A stretch of 45,720 nucleotides of DNA from Eubacteriales bacterium (GTDB taxonomy: Bacteria > Bacillota > Clostridia > Oscillospirales > CAG-272). Below, piece by piece: positions 17,401 to 23,782 of the stretch (positions within the stretch are counted from its first letter, which is position 1; every line of letters starts with the position of its first letter). The stretch lies in the NCBI GenBank assembly GCA_045580775.1, contig JAZNOK010000135.1, forward strand, positions 1-45,720. The letters run 5' to 3'. A model generated the notes under the pieces. The model was not told the DNA's origin. It did not search any database and saw nothing but the letters and a program-made list of their open reading frames with translations. Both the position numbers and the translations under genes were made by a program.

Positions 17401-17593
17401 TTATAACATCATATTCTTTGTCGATTTTGGTTTTCGATCTCGTTTTGATCATTACCTTGTTAGGGTAAGGATTACCCGAGGAACGCTGATGCACTCTGTT
17501 CTCCGCAAACATAGGGAGTTCTTCGCATGCAGCTTCGGGATAAGTAGGAATTACCATTTTTTCAAGCTGTGCAATTACCTTAGTTGTTGACAT
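14477..17593 (-). CDS. 1038-aa cytoplasmic protein: N-terminal beta-rich domain (DUF5107-like, mutarotase-like by recollection) plus a long C-terminal TPR-like helical repeat array
   Basis: No signal peptide. The N-terminal ~430 aa are rich in aromatic and beta-type segments (GGVEFNWPYHHRP, FLWWENTAVP). The C-terminal ~600 aa carry repeated A..Y.KG.Y..A...F..A TPR-like units. The family name comes from memory, not from a search. Confidence 0.5.
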   Translation of the reverse strand: MSTTKVIAQLEKMVIPTYPEAACEELPMFAENRVHQRSSGNPYPNKVMIKTRSKTKIDKEYDVIKLENDYIELVIIPEIGGRIFSAKDKTTGYDFFYRQNVIKPALIGALGSWISGGVEFNWPYHHRPSTFMPVDYEIEYEDNGAVTVWCSEHDPIDRMKGMVGIRLEPDKAMFETRMKVTNRTPIRHSFLWWENTAVPVNPEYEIFFPSDVDHVHFHYRRSNTTYPIANGMFNGYKFEESGVDISKHINTKFSTSFFCAASDYDYFGGYDNGKKCGVVHIGDHHVSTGKKMFTWAYNQLSQSWERHLTDSEYGSYSGYAELMAGSYTNNQPDFAWLEPYETKNFSQFWYPLSALGVPSYADLQYAVNVKSGLVKIQPVADNEAAKVTLTSKGVTLFDGTVALKAGQVTEIPVAEFDASEYEIRVDELYYEQKVREQQPLPDLFPEVPMHNELHTAESRYLAGMHFLRYRDPKADPDAYFKAALEIDPEYIPALTALGETAITRGEFAQAKASLEAAVKAATKYCYHMESGKTLYLLAYANEMLGNTKAAYDLYRKSAWSEDSISAAMTRASMLDAQKGEYKSAVKLADTAISRNSDNAIAAAIAAIALYKAGCVDCAKARLEAELNRDKLNHLARFGAYLCGMITEQEFYTKLSSNPSQTCLDLAFDMLTAGFDDEVKALLSNLPKYVDDIAPTVAYMIGRPELANEMHKAFPSRPQEIAVLEASDSEYAKYLLGCLHFARKRYDAAYDLWKDINRYEAKRNVAAYFWKKGQHKKALVALDEAIALNPAEEELIYEKAYLLNKIGYDAEKTAREIEALVPSLADARDDIVTEWAAAHIRAGKYDDALYLINNHIFTPCEGGETIVAKQHMNSWYGKGKDLYAKGEYEKALEAFRVAQVIPDNLGAGLWHVDPLVPSQYYEALTLQKLGRPEEANKIYEYISGIYLDFFSDMYLPELPIYEAMSLKKLGREDDADALLAKYIDRWQNEMRRVDSGYFAQQPFFISYLDDAKTERDAYYSKLLAFAYSAKDGMSEFLNI

Positions 17594-17632
17594 TTGAAAC
17601 CTCTTCCTTTACAAAAATTATTTTACAGCTTA

Positions 17633-17661
17633 ATTCTAGCAGAAACAGATCAGTAAATCAA
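17633..17661 (-). promoter_or_regulatory. Candidate promoter of the DUF5107-like/SBP operon
   Basis: Minus strand: TTGATT (17661-17656), 17 nt, TAGAAT (17638-17633). Confidence 0.5.
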
Positions 17662-17704
17662 CCCAAAAATTATCGTAAAAAATCTTTTTTTTTCACCAAA
17701 TTGT

Positions 17705-17722
17705 AAAAATTCCCGAATTTTT
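17705..17722. promoter_or_regulatory. Perfect palindrome between the two divergent promoters (candidate operator)
   Basis: AAAAATTC (17705-17712), CC, GAATTTTT (17715-17722). The context is AT-rich, so chance occurrence is possible. Confidence 0.3.
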
Positions 17723-17768
17723 CATTTGATTTTTGTGTTTTCTGTGCCAAAAGGTCCGTTGCTGATTC

Positions 17769-17797
17769 TTGACACTTGTTTTGAATTATGGTAATAT
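17769..17797 (+). promoter_or_regulatory. Promoter of the sensor-LuxR regulator gene
   Basis: TTGACA (17769-17774), 17 nt, TGg-TAATAT (17789-17797), an extended -10. Confidence 0.65.
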
Positions 17798-17830
17798 AAA
17801 CATAAAGTAAAGAAGAAAGAGGCAGCTTTA

Positions 17831-19006
17831 ATGACTATCCATATTTATGTCGATCCGCCCTACAAAGAATCTTTATGGTGCAAACAGACTCTCAAGGGCA
17901 TCAGCGATGAAGCAACCAAAAAGCGATATTCTATCAAAATGCTGGAAGCTGAAAACATTTATAAAGCAGACCTTGACGCTTTCTTTGAAGATGAGGAAAA
18001 AAGAATATTGATCGTATTGGCAACATCAGTCAATCAGTCATCAAAGTTTAATGATTTTTTCAACGAGCACGGTGTTCATCTCTTATACATAAACCACCAA
18101 AGCACTAACAGCTCATACCGTTTTTCAAACATTCTCATCGATTACTATGACTCTATGAGAATAATCACCGAATATCTCGAAGGATGCGGCAGAAAGCTCA
18201 TCGCTCTCTACGGAATAAATCCCGACTCATCCACCGATCTGATAAAAAAGAATTTCTTTGAGGAAAGAAACAAACATATACAGCAATACGGAAACGGAGA
18301 AAATATCTACTACAGAGTAATAGATGACAAATCCTCTCCTTCCGTCGATTGTTTTGAAACTTTTCGCAGCAGTCTTGAGTTTTATGACAGTGTTATCTGT
18401 GTAAACGACCTTGTAGCACGTCTTTTGATTGATGACCTGCAAAAGATAGGCATACGAGTACCGGAAGATCTGTATGTTGTATCTTTCGGAGATTATATTC
18501 TCGCTCAAATAGGAAAACCTACTATTACAGCTGTTGCTGTAGATCATGAACTTTTGGGAAGACAGTCTGTATACACATATTCGTATTTGAGAAAAGCCTC
18601 CCGCGACGTATACATCACCGCCAAAGTCGCACCCAAACTCACTATAGGAGAAAGCACGGCGGGCTCAGAATTTGCAAAACACAAAAATACTCACTCGGAT
18701 ATCAGCACAGGTGAGCTTACATCCGATTTCTTTCATCATCCCGAGATACAATCTATCATCACCTTCGAAAACATGCTGACAAAATGCGACAAGTTGGATA
18801 TGCAGATACTGATCGGAATCATGAACTGCATGACCTACATCCAGCTGTCAGAGAAGCTGTTTGTCTCGGAGAATGTTATCTCATATAGGGTGAAACGATT
18901 GTGCAGGCTTGCTCAAATCACCTCAAAAAACAAGCTTGCTGAATCCGCGAACCGATTTTTATCTGCTGAGGCAGTCGAAAGATATATTCAAAAGAAACTA
19001 TCCTGA
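17831..19006 (+). CDS. Transcriptional regulator with an N-terminal LacI/PBP1-type sugar-sensor fold (no N-terminal HTH) and a C-terminal LuxR/GerE-type HTH
   Basis: Residues 1-260 resemble the periplasmic-binding-fold core of LacI-type regulators (..VICVNDLVARLLIDDLQKIGIRVPEDLYVVSFGD..). The C-terminus (MQILIGIMNCMTYIQLSEKLFVSENVISYRVKRLCRL) fits the LuxR-type HTH pattern. Confidence 0.6.
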   Translation: MTIHIYVDPPYKESLWCKQTLKGISDEATKKRYSIKMLEAENIYKADLDAFFEDEEKRILIVLATSVNQSSKFNDFFNEHGVHLLYINHQSTNSSYRFSNILIDYYDSMRIITEYLEGCGRKLIALYGINPDSSTDLIKKNFFEERNKHIQQYGNGENIYYRVIDDKSSPSVDCFETFRSSLEFYDSVICVNDLVARLLIDDLQKIGIRVPEDLYVVSFGDYILAQIGKPTITAVAVDHELLGRQSVYTYSYLRKASRDVYITAKVAPKLTIGESTAGSEFAKHKNTHSDISTGELTSDFFHHPEIQSIITFENMLTKCDKLDMQILIGIMNCMTYIQLSEKLFVSENVISYRVKRLCRLAQITSKNKLAESANRFLSAEAVERYIQKKLS

Positions 19007-19007
19007 C

Positions 19008-19048
19008 AAAACTACGGCATCCCGAAAAACGGGATGCCGTAGTTTTTA
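19008..19048. terminator. Bidirectional terminator between convergent genes
   Basis: ACTACGGCATCCCG (19011-19024), loop AAAAA, CGGGATGCCGTAGT (19030-19043). Flanking A-run and T-run. Confidence 0.85.
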
Positions 19049-19663
19049 TTTCCCTATAAACATTTGCGTCCAGTATTTTCCATCAGATACGTAGCCTACT
19101 CCTATATGCGTAAAGGAAGAATTAAGTATGTTCGCTCGGTGCCCCGGTGAATTCATCCATGCATCGACTACTGCACGCGGCGTCATCTGTCCCTTTGCAA
19201 TATTCTCACCTGCGGTCCTATACGATATACCAAAATTTTTGATCATCTGAAAAGGCGTACCGTAGGTCGGGCTTGTATGAGAAAAGTATCTTTTATCATG
19301 CATATCCTGTGACTTGAAGCGAGCCACCCTTCCCAGTTCCCAATCGTATGTAAGAGTACCCAGACCATGCTCTGCTCTTTTTTCGTTGACCAGTCTGATA
19401 ACCTCCCTCTCGTATTCTTGGGCTTGTTGATTCTTTGCCGGAATGCTTATAAGATCCCCGGGATAAATGAGATCAAAATTCTTAATATGAGGGTTTGCCC
19501 TTATTATCTCATCCAGTCCAACCTGATGTTTTACTGCTATCTTCCACAAGCTGTCACCTGCAACCACCTTGTATGTTGCAGAAGCATAAGCACCTATACT
19601 CATTACCGCCGCAGCTATAGTTATACTCACCACGGCGATCATAAATCGTCTCATCTTGCACAT
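19046..19663 (-). CDS. Secreted LysM plus CAP/SCP (YkwD-like) domain protein
   Basis: RBS AAAGGAGA before ATG 19663. Signal peptide MCKMRRFMIAVVSITIAAAVMSIGAYA. LysM block YKVVAGDSLWKIA...GDLISIP. CAP block GENIA..., W.NSPGHRANIL, IGVGY. Confidence 0.8.
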   Translation of the reverse strand: MCKMRRFMIAVVSITIAAAVMSIGAYASATYKVVAGDSLWKIAVKHQVGLDEIIRANPHIKNFDLIYPGDLISIPAKNQQAQEYEREVIRLVNEKRAEHGLGTLTYDWELGRVARFKSQDMHDKRYFSHTSPTYGTPFQMIKNFGISYRTAGENIAKGQMTPRAVVDAWMNSPGHRANILNSSFTHIGVGYVSDGKYWTQMFIGK

Positions 19664-19693
19664 TTCAATAATCTCCTTTCTGTTATTATCGGC

Positions 19694-19729
19694 AAAAAAC
19701 AAAAAGTGCCGTATTTTTGTTACGGCACT
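19694..19729 (-). terminator. Intrinsic terminator lying only ~30 nt upstream of the LysM-CAP start codon
   Basis: Minus strand: AGTGCCGTA, loop ACAAAAA, TACGGCACT (plus-strand 19705-19729), followed by TTTTGTTTTTT (19704-19694). Confidence 0.7.
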
Positions 19730-19771
19730 CTCGTTACCAATAGCCAAGGGAATTTTCCCTGAGGCTATTTT

Positions 19772-19800
19772 ATTATATCATCCGAAAGAAGAAAAAACAA
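19772..19800 (-). promoter_or_regulatory. Candidate promoter upstream of that terminator
   Basis: Minus strand: TTGTTT (19800-19795), 17 nt, TGa-TATAAT (19780-19772). Confidence 0.45.
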
Positions 19801-19915
19801 ATGTAATATCTGGAAGCTTTCACTGTCATAGTAAAAACCAAACGATACTAACAGATGTTAAACGTTAATGCGTTGACAGCTGACCCATGAAACGTCAGCG
19901 TTATCACGCTTAACC

Positions 19916-21085
19916 TTACCATCTTACCTTCCATCTCTGACGAAGCTCTTCGACAGGCTCCGAGCCTCCTGTACGCTCAGGAGAACTCTCTTGCTCACAA
20001 AGCTCTCTCAAATATTTTTCAAACAGTTGCTCATCAGTAGGAATGTCAGCCCAGCTGTCTGTCCATGCTGAGAGATATGCAGCATTTGATATAGACAGGG
20101 ATTTTATTCCTTCCCTTCCGTCAGCAATAAGCTCAGTACCGTGCAAAATCGAAGATGCAAATGCTTCGAGCACAGCAGGATGGCCCTCTACTACCTTATC
20201 TGAAAACTCCTCATATTCGTTCGCAGGTGCAGCAAAGCCCTTTTTTGATGTATAACAGAATTCGCGCTCAGGTGTGTTTAGCTTCCACCATTTCAGCTTT
20301 CCTTCCTCAATAACGATCTTGCCTTTGTCGCCTGATATCTCAAGTCTGTTAGTACCGGGAGTTTCGCCTGTCGTGGAAACGAACACAGCTGTAGCGCCGT
20401 TTTCATATTCGCCATATATAGTAACGTCATCCTCGACACCTATATCATGATATTTACCGATACTGCAAAAGGCCCTTATTCTCTTCGGCATGCCGAATAT
20501 CCATTGCCAAAGATCCAAGTTGTGCGGTGCCTGATTAAGAAGTACACCGCCGCCTTCGCCGTTCCATGTGGCACGCCAAGTGCCCGAGTTATAATAAGCC
20601 TGTGTCCTGTACCAGTTTGTAACTATCCAAACAAGACGTTTCAGCTCTCCGAGCTCTCCTGAAGATACGATCTCCTTTGCCTTTGCATAAAGCGGATTTG
20701 TGCGTTGATTGAACATTATACCAAACTTTACACCCGCTTTGTCTGCAGCCTCGTTCATTTCGCGGACTTGTCTGCAGTATACGCCCGCCGGCTTCTCTAT
20801 CATAACATGGATACCACGTTTGAATGCCTCTTTTGCATACACAGGATGATCATAATGCGGAACAGCCACTAAAACCGAATCTATCATACCGCTGTCAAGC
20901 ATCTCTATCGCGTCAAGGAACGTAGCAACACCGGGAAGCTTTTCGCCGGCATAATCAAGCTGTTTTTGATCAATATCGCAAACTGCTGTAAGCTCTACCG
21001 AAGGACACAGTCCATCTATGATGTTTTGAAGGTGGCCCTTACCCATATTACCCATTCCGATTATTCCGAGTTTGATCTTTTCCAT
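19916..21085 (-). CDS. Gfo/Idh/MocA-family NAD(P)-dependent oxidoreductase
   Basis: N-terminal Rossmann motif KLGIIGMGNMGKGH, EKP motif (MIEKPAG), and a C-terminal alpha/beta dimerisation region. RBS GGGAGG before ATG 21085, 1 nt after the upstream stop. Confidence 0.85.
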   Translation of the reverse strand: MEKIKLGIIGMGNMGKGHLQNIIDGLCPSVELTAVCDIDQKQLDYAGEKLPGVATFLDAIEMLDSGMIDSVLVAVPHYDHPVYAKEAFKRGIHVMIEKPAGVYCRQVREMNEAADKAGVKFGIMFNQRTNPLYAKAKEIVSSGELGELKRLVWIVTNWYRTQAYYNSGTWRATWNGEGGGVLLNQAPHNLDLWQWIFGMPKRIRAFCSIGKYHDIGVEDDVTIYGEYENGATAVFVSTTGETPGTNRLEISGDKGKIVIEEGKLKWWKLNTPEREFCYTSKKGFAAPANEYEEFSDKVVEGHPAVLEAFASSILHGTELIADGREGIKSLSISNAAYLSAWTDSWADIPTDEQLFEKYLRELCEQESSPERTGGSEPVEELRQRWKVRW

Positions 21086-21086
21086 A

Positions 21087-21923
21087 TTATTTAACCTCCC
21101 CAATAATATCTTTCAAAGCTCTAACAGCCGCATCGAACGCATCACGTTTTGATCCGAATTGAAGAATACGGGATCTACTCTCACTTCCGGCCTCCAGTTC
21201 TTGCAGACCGACAAAATCACTAAGGTGAGGCTCGAGGGTAAGAACGTCACCTTTATACTGTGAAATAATAAAGGGCAAATTCCCCGCTCCCATACCTGCA
21301 GCAACTACAGTACCGTCAGACATAGAATCCTTAATATGCAAATATTTTACATAATCACAAAGGATTCCCCACGCCCTTTTGGTATCCTCTTTGCACTGTA
21401 CAAAGTTAGCAGGATCAAATACTGCTCTGATACCGGGGAAAGTATTGTGAATATCAGCACATCTGTCGGCTGTGTCACCATATATTCCCTTCTCATTTTC
21501 ATGGCACAAAGTAACATTGCTGTCCTTTGCTGCATCTAAAAAAGCATCTATTCGTGATAGTACCTCGTCTCTGTACCTATCAGATTCTCCACTCGGAACA
21601 TAAAAGCTAAATATTCGCATGTTCTCAGCTCCGAGAATATGAGCAAGCTCCAATCCATACTTAAAGCTATCCAGATGCCGTGAAAAATCATCCGCAATCT
21701 TGATCTTTCCGTAAGGCGATCCTATCGACCAAACGGATATTCCTTGATCATTCAATGAAGCACGGATCTGTTTTGCCTTTTCTTTTGTTATCTTTGATAT
21801 GTTCTCCCCATCGATCCCGCGTATCTCAAGCAGAGAAATACCGTTTTCTTTCAAAGCTTTGATCTGACCGTCAAGCGACACGTCAGCTTCATCCGCAAAA
21901 GCACAAAGCCTGTAATTTTTCAT
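21087..21923 (-). CDS. Xylose-isomerase-like TIM-barrel protein (sugar phosphate isomerase/epimerase family)
   Basis: 278 aa with the typical family pattern (..LEIRG.., CHENE, FDPANF, LHIKD..). Confidence 0.75.
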   Translation of the reverse strand: MKNYRLCAFADEADVSLDGQIKALKENGISLLEIRGIDGENISKITKEKAKQIRASLNDQGISVWSIGSPYGKIKIADDFSRHLDSFKYGLELAHILGAENMRIFSFYVPSGESDRYRDEVLSRIDAFLDAAKDSNVTLCHENEKGIYGDTADRCADIHNTFPGIRAVFDPANFVQCKEDTKRAWGILCDYVKYLHIKDSMSDGTVVAAGMGAGNLPFIISQYKGDVLTLEPHLSDFVGLQELEAGSESRSRILQFGSKRDAFDAAVRALKDIIGEVK

Positions 21924-22666
21924 TCAAACCCCCGTGATCTCAAATACTGATAGCTCCTATCAAGACAAGCAAACGGATCTTCTCCGCCGCAATCATCCTG
22001 TTCTACCAGCATATAACGCGTACCTGCCGCCTCCGCTTTTTTGAACACACGGTCAAAGTTGATATTACCTTCTCCGACGACCGACATTTTTTGTGAATAC
22101 CCATAGTCTTTTAGATGGATGCACGGTACTCTGCCTGACATCATTTCTATTATGTCAGCAGGATTGGCACCGCCTACCTGAATCCAATAGGTATCAAGCG
22201 TGAATCCCATAGCCGAAGCTGAAAAATCTTCTGCCAACCGTTCAATGACGGTTTTGTTATTAATTTTTTGAAATTCACTTGCATGATTATGAAACATAAA
22301 GTATTTCCCGCTCTGAGATATCTTCTCGGATACCGGCATGTATTTTTCGCAAAACTCATTATACTTTTCTTCTACGGGATCAAAAGAATAATAACCAAGT
22401 CCGATATTGTTACACCCGATGATATCATGTTCTCGGATGACCGTGTCGGTATCGGAGATCAGTTTTTTTGACGGTATGTGTGTAACAACACATGTAAGCC
22501 CGCATTTATCAAGCTCCTCTTTTAGCCATAATGCATCGTAAACACAGGTACCTGACACCTGAACGTATCTGTATCCAATGTCCGCGATCTTTTTCAAAGT
22601 AAGCGACAGATCTTCGAGATTTTTGCAAAAATCCCGAACAGTATATAACTGAGCACCAATATTCAT
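21920..22666 (-). CDS. Xylose-isomerase-like TIM-barrel protein (second, non-identical copy)
   Basis: 248 aa with MNIGAQLYTVRD, FHNH, LDTYW and IHLKD. The stop overlaps the downstream start (ATGA, 4 nt). RBS GGAGG upstream. Confidence 0.75.
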   Translation of the reverse strand: MNIGAQLYTVRDFCKNLEDLSLTLKKIADIGYRYVQVSGTCVYDALWLKEELDKCGLTCVVTHIPSKKLISDTDTVIREHDIIGCNNIGLGYYSFDPVEEKYNEFCEKYMPVSEKISQSGKYFMFHNHASEFQKINNKTVIERLAEDFSASAMGFTLDTYWIQVGGANPADIIEMMSGRVPCIHLKDYGYSQKMSVVGEGNINFDRVFKKAEAAGTRYMLVEQDDCGGEDPFACLDRSYQYLRSRGFE

Positions 22667-22695
22667 TATTAGCTACCTCCTTTATTATCGAGTAT

Positions 22696-22724
22696 AGTAT
22701 ATAACAAAAGAAAATGCATTTCAA
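22696..22724 (-). promoter_or_regulatory. Promoter of the TIM-TIM-oxidoreductase operon
   Basis: Minus strand: TTGAAA (22724-22719), 17 nt, TATACT (22701-22696). Confidence 0.55.
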
Positions 22725-22746
22725 TTGCTTTTCTATGCAAATAATA

Positions 22747-22775
22747 TTGCATTTTCGTGCATTATGTTTTATAAT
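22747..22775 (+). promoter_or_regulatory. Promoter of the AraC-family gene
   Basis: TTGCAT (22747-22752), 17 nt, TATAAT (22770-22775). The ATG at 22782 lies 7 nt after the -10 box. Confidence 0.6.
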
Positions 22776-22781
22776 AGAGCT

Positions 22782-23609
22782 ATGGATACATTGAAAGAAT
22801 ATAAATCTAACGGAATTTACCTCAAACACGCTCTGACCTCCTCGCCTCTCGACTCTTCGTTTCCGATGCATATACATCACTCATACGAGATTTATTTGTT
22901 CATAAGAGGAAATGTAAAATACCTAGTCGAGGGTTCGAGCTATGATCTGTTGCCCGGGAGTGTACTTATCATACGCCCATCTGAATCCCACAAGCCAAAG
23001 ATCCTCGGCACTGTGCCTTACGAGCGTTACAACATCAACTTTAAAGAATCGAACATCCGCTCACTTGACCCTCAGCTGAAATTGCTTACCCCGTTTCTCA
23101 ATAGAGAACTTGGTCACAGCAATTTATTTACGCCATCGGAGCTCGAAGATATTCCTATCCAAAAGCTGTTTTATGACATGTGTTACTCACAAAAAGACAC
23201 TTACGGAAAACATCTGAAGATAATGACAAATCTGCTGTTTATTCTTGATGCTCTCCATCATGCTTATGACAGCCGAGGCAAAATACCACCGCTTCCACGC
23301 AGCCGAGAAGAGCAGATAGTCGCTTTTGTGAACGAACGCCTCAATACGGAATTATCCATTCCTAAGATCGCAGAGCAATTTTATCTCAGTCCTTCTCAAT
23401 TCAGCCGCATTTTCAAAAGTGCAACCGGAGCCTCCCCTTGGGAGTACATTACTATAAAGAGGCTATCTTACGCAAGAGATCTCATACGTTCCGGCAACAG
23501 CCCTTCGGAGGCATTTTCCAAATGCGGATACGGAGACTATTCAGCGTTTTACCGTGCATACATCAGACACTTCGGTATCAGTCCTATGGAAGAAAAAAAG
23601 CGGCAATAA
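22782..23609 (+). CDS. AraC-family transcriptional regulator (cupin sensor plus dual HTH), possibly translated from a leaderless mRNA
   Basis: Cupin block FPMHIHHSYEIYLFIRGNV. C-terminal AraC HTH: IAEQFYLSPSQFSRIFK...YGDYSAFYRAYIRHFGISP. The track start at 22725 (TTG) lies upstream of the predicted promoter. Confidence 0.8.
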   Translation: MDTLKEYKSNGIYLKHALTSSPLDSSFPMHIHHSYEIYLFIRGNVKYLVEGSSYDLLPGSVLIIRPSESHKPKILGTVPYERYNINFKESNIRSLDPQLKLLTPFLNRELGHSNLFTPSELEDIPIQKLFYDMCYSQKDTYGKHLKIMTNLLFILDALHHAYDSRGKIPPLPRSREEQIVAFVNERLNTELSIPKIAEQFYLSPSQFSRIFKSATGASPWEYITIKRLSYARDLIRSGNSPSEAFSKCGYGDYSAFYRAYIRHFGISPMEEKKRQ

Positions 23610-23725
23610 GGTGCACCCTTCTCTGCATAAATACCAGGCAAAATCCAAGTTGTACCGAACCATCCTCCCGCCTATGCTGAATATTTTTTACTTTATGAGA
23701 TACGGCGGTGATTTCCCATGCAACG

Positions 23726-23772
23726 AAAAAACAAGCTGTTTACGCCTACAGGGTGCAAACAGCTTGTTTTTT
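23726..23772. terminator. Bidirectional terminator between araC-like and antiporter genes
   Basis: ACAAGCTGTTT (23731-23741) pairs with AAACAGCTTGT (23757-23767). A-run before and T-run after. Confidence 0.8.
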
Positions 23773-23782
23773 ATTATTGGAT

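Noticed and set aside
14477-17593. The ~1000-aa protein in a Ruminococcus-like genome, considered as a Cas13d-type effector.
   Set aside because: There is no adjacent CRISPR array or cas1/cas2, and I saw no paired R-x4-H HEPN motifs. The sequence is a beta-rich domain plus TPR repeats.
22725-22781. Longer N-terminal extensions given by the ORF track (for example 22725 for araC, 1461 for gatC, 2959 for gatB, 4562 for arsR, 14345 for the SBP, 19747 for LysM-CAP, 28962 for ABC, 35999 for APH, 41168 for DUF4867).
   Set aside because: In each case an internal ATG is preceded by a well-spaced Shine-Dalgarno sequence, or by a promoter placing +1 at the ATG. The extension overlaps an RBS, an operator, a promoter or the upstream gene.
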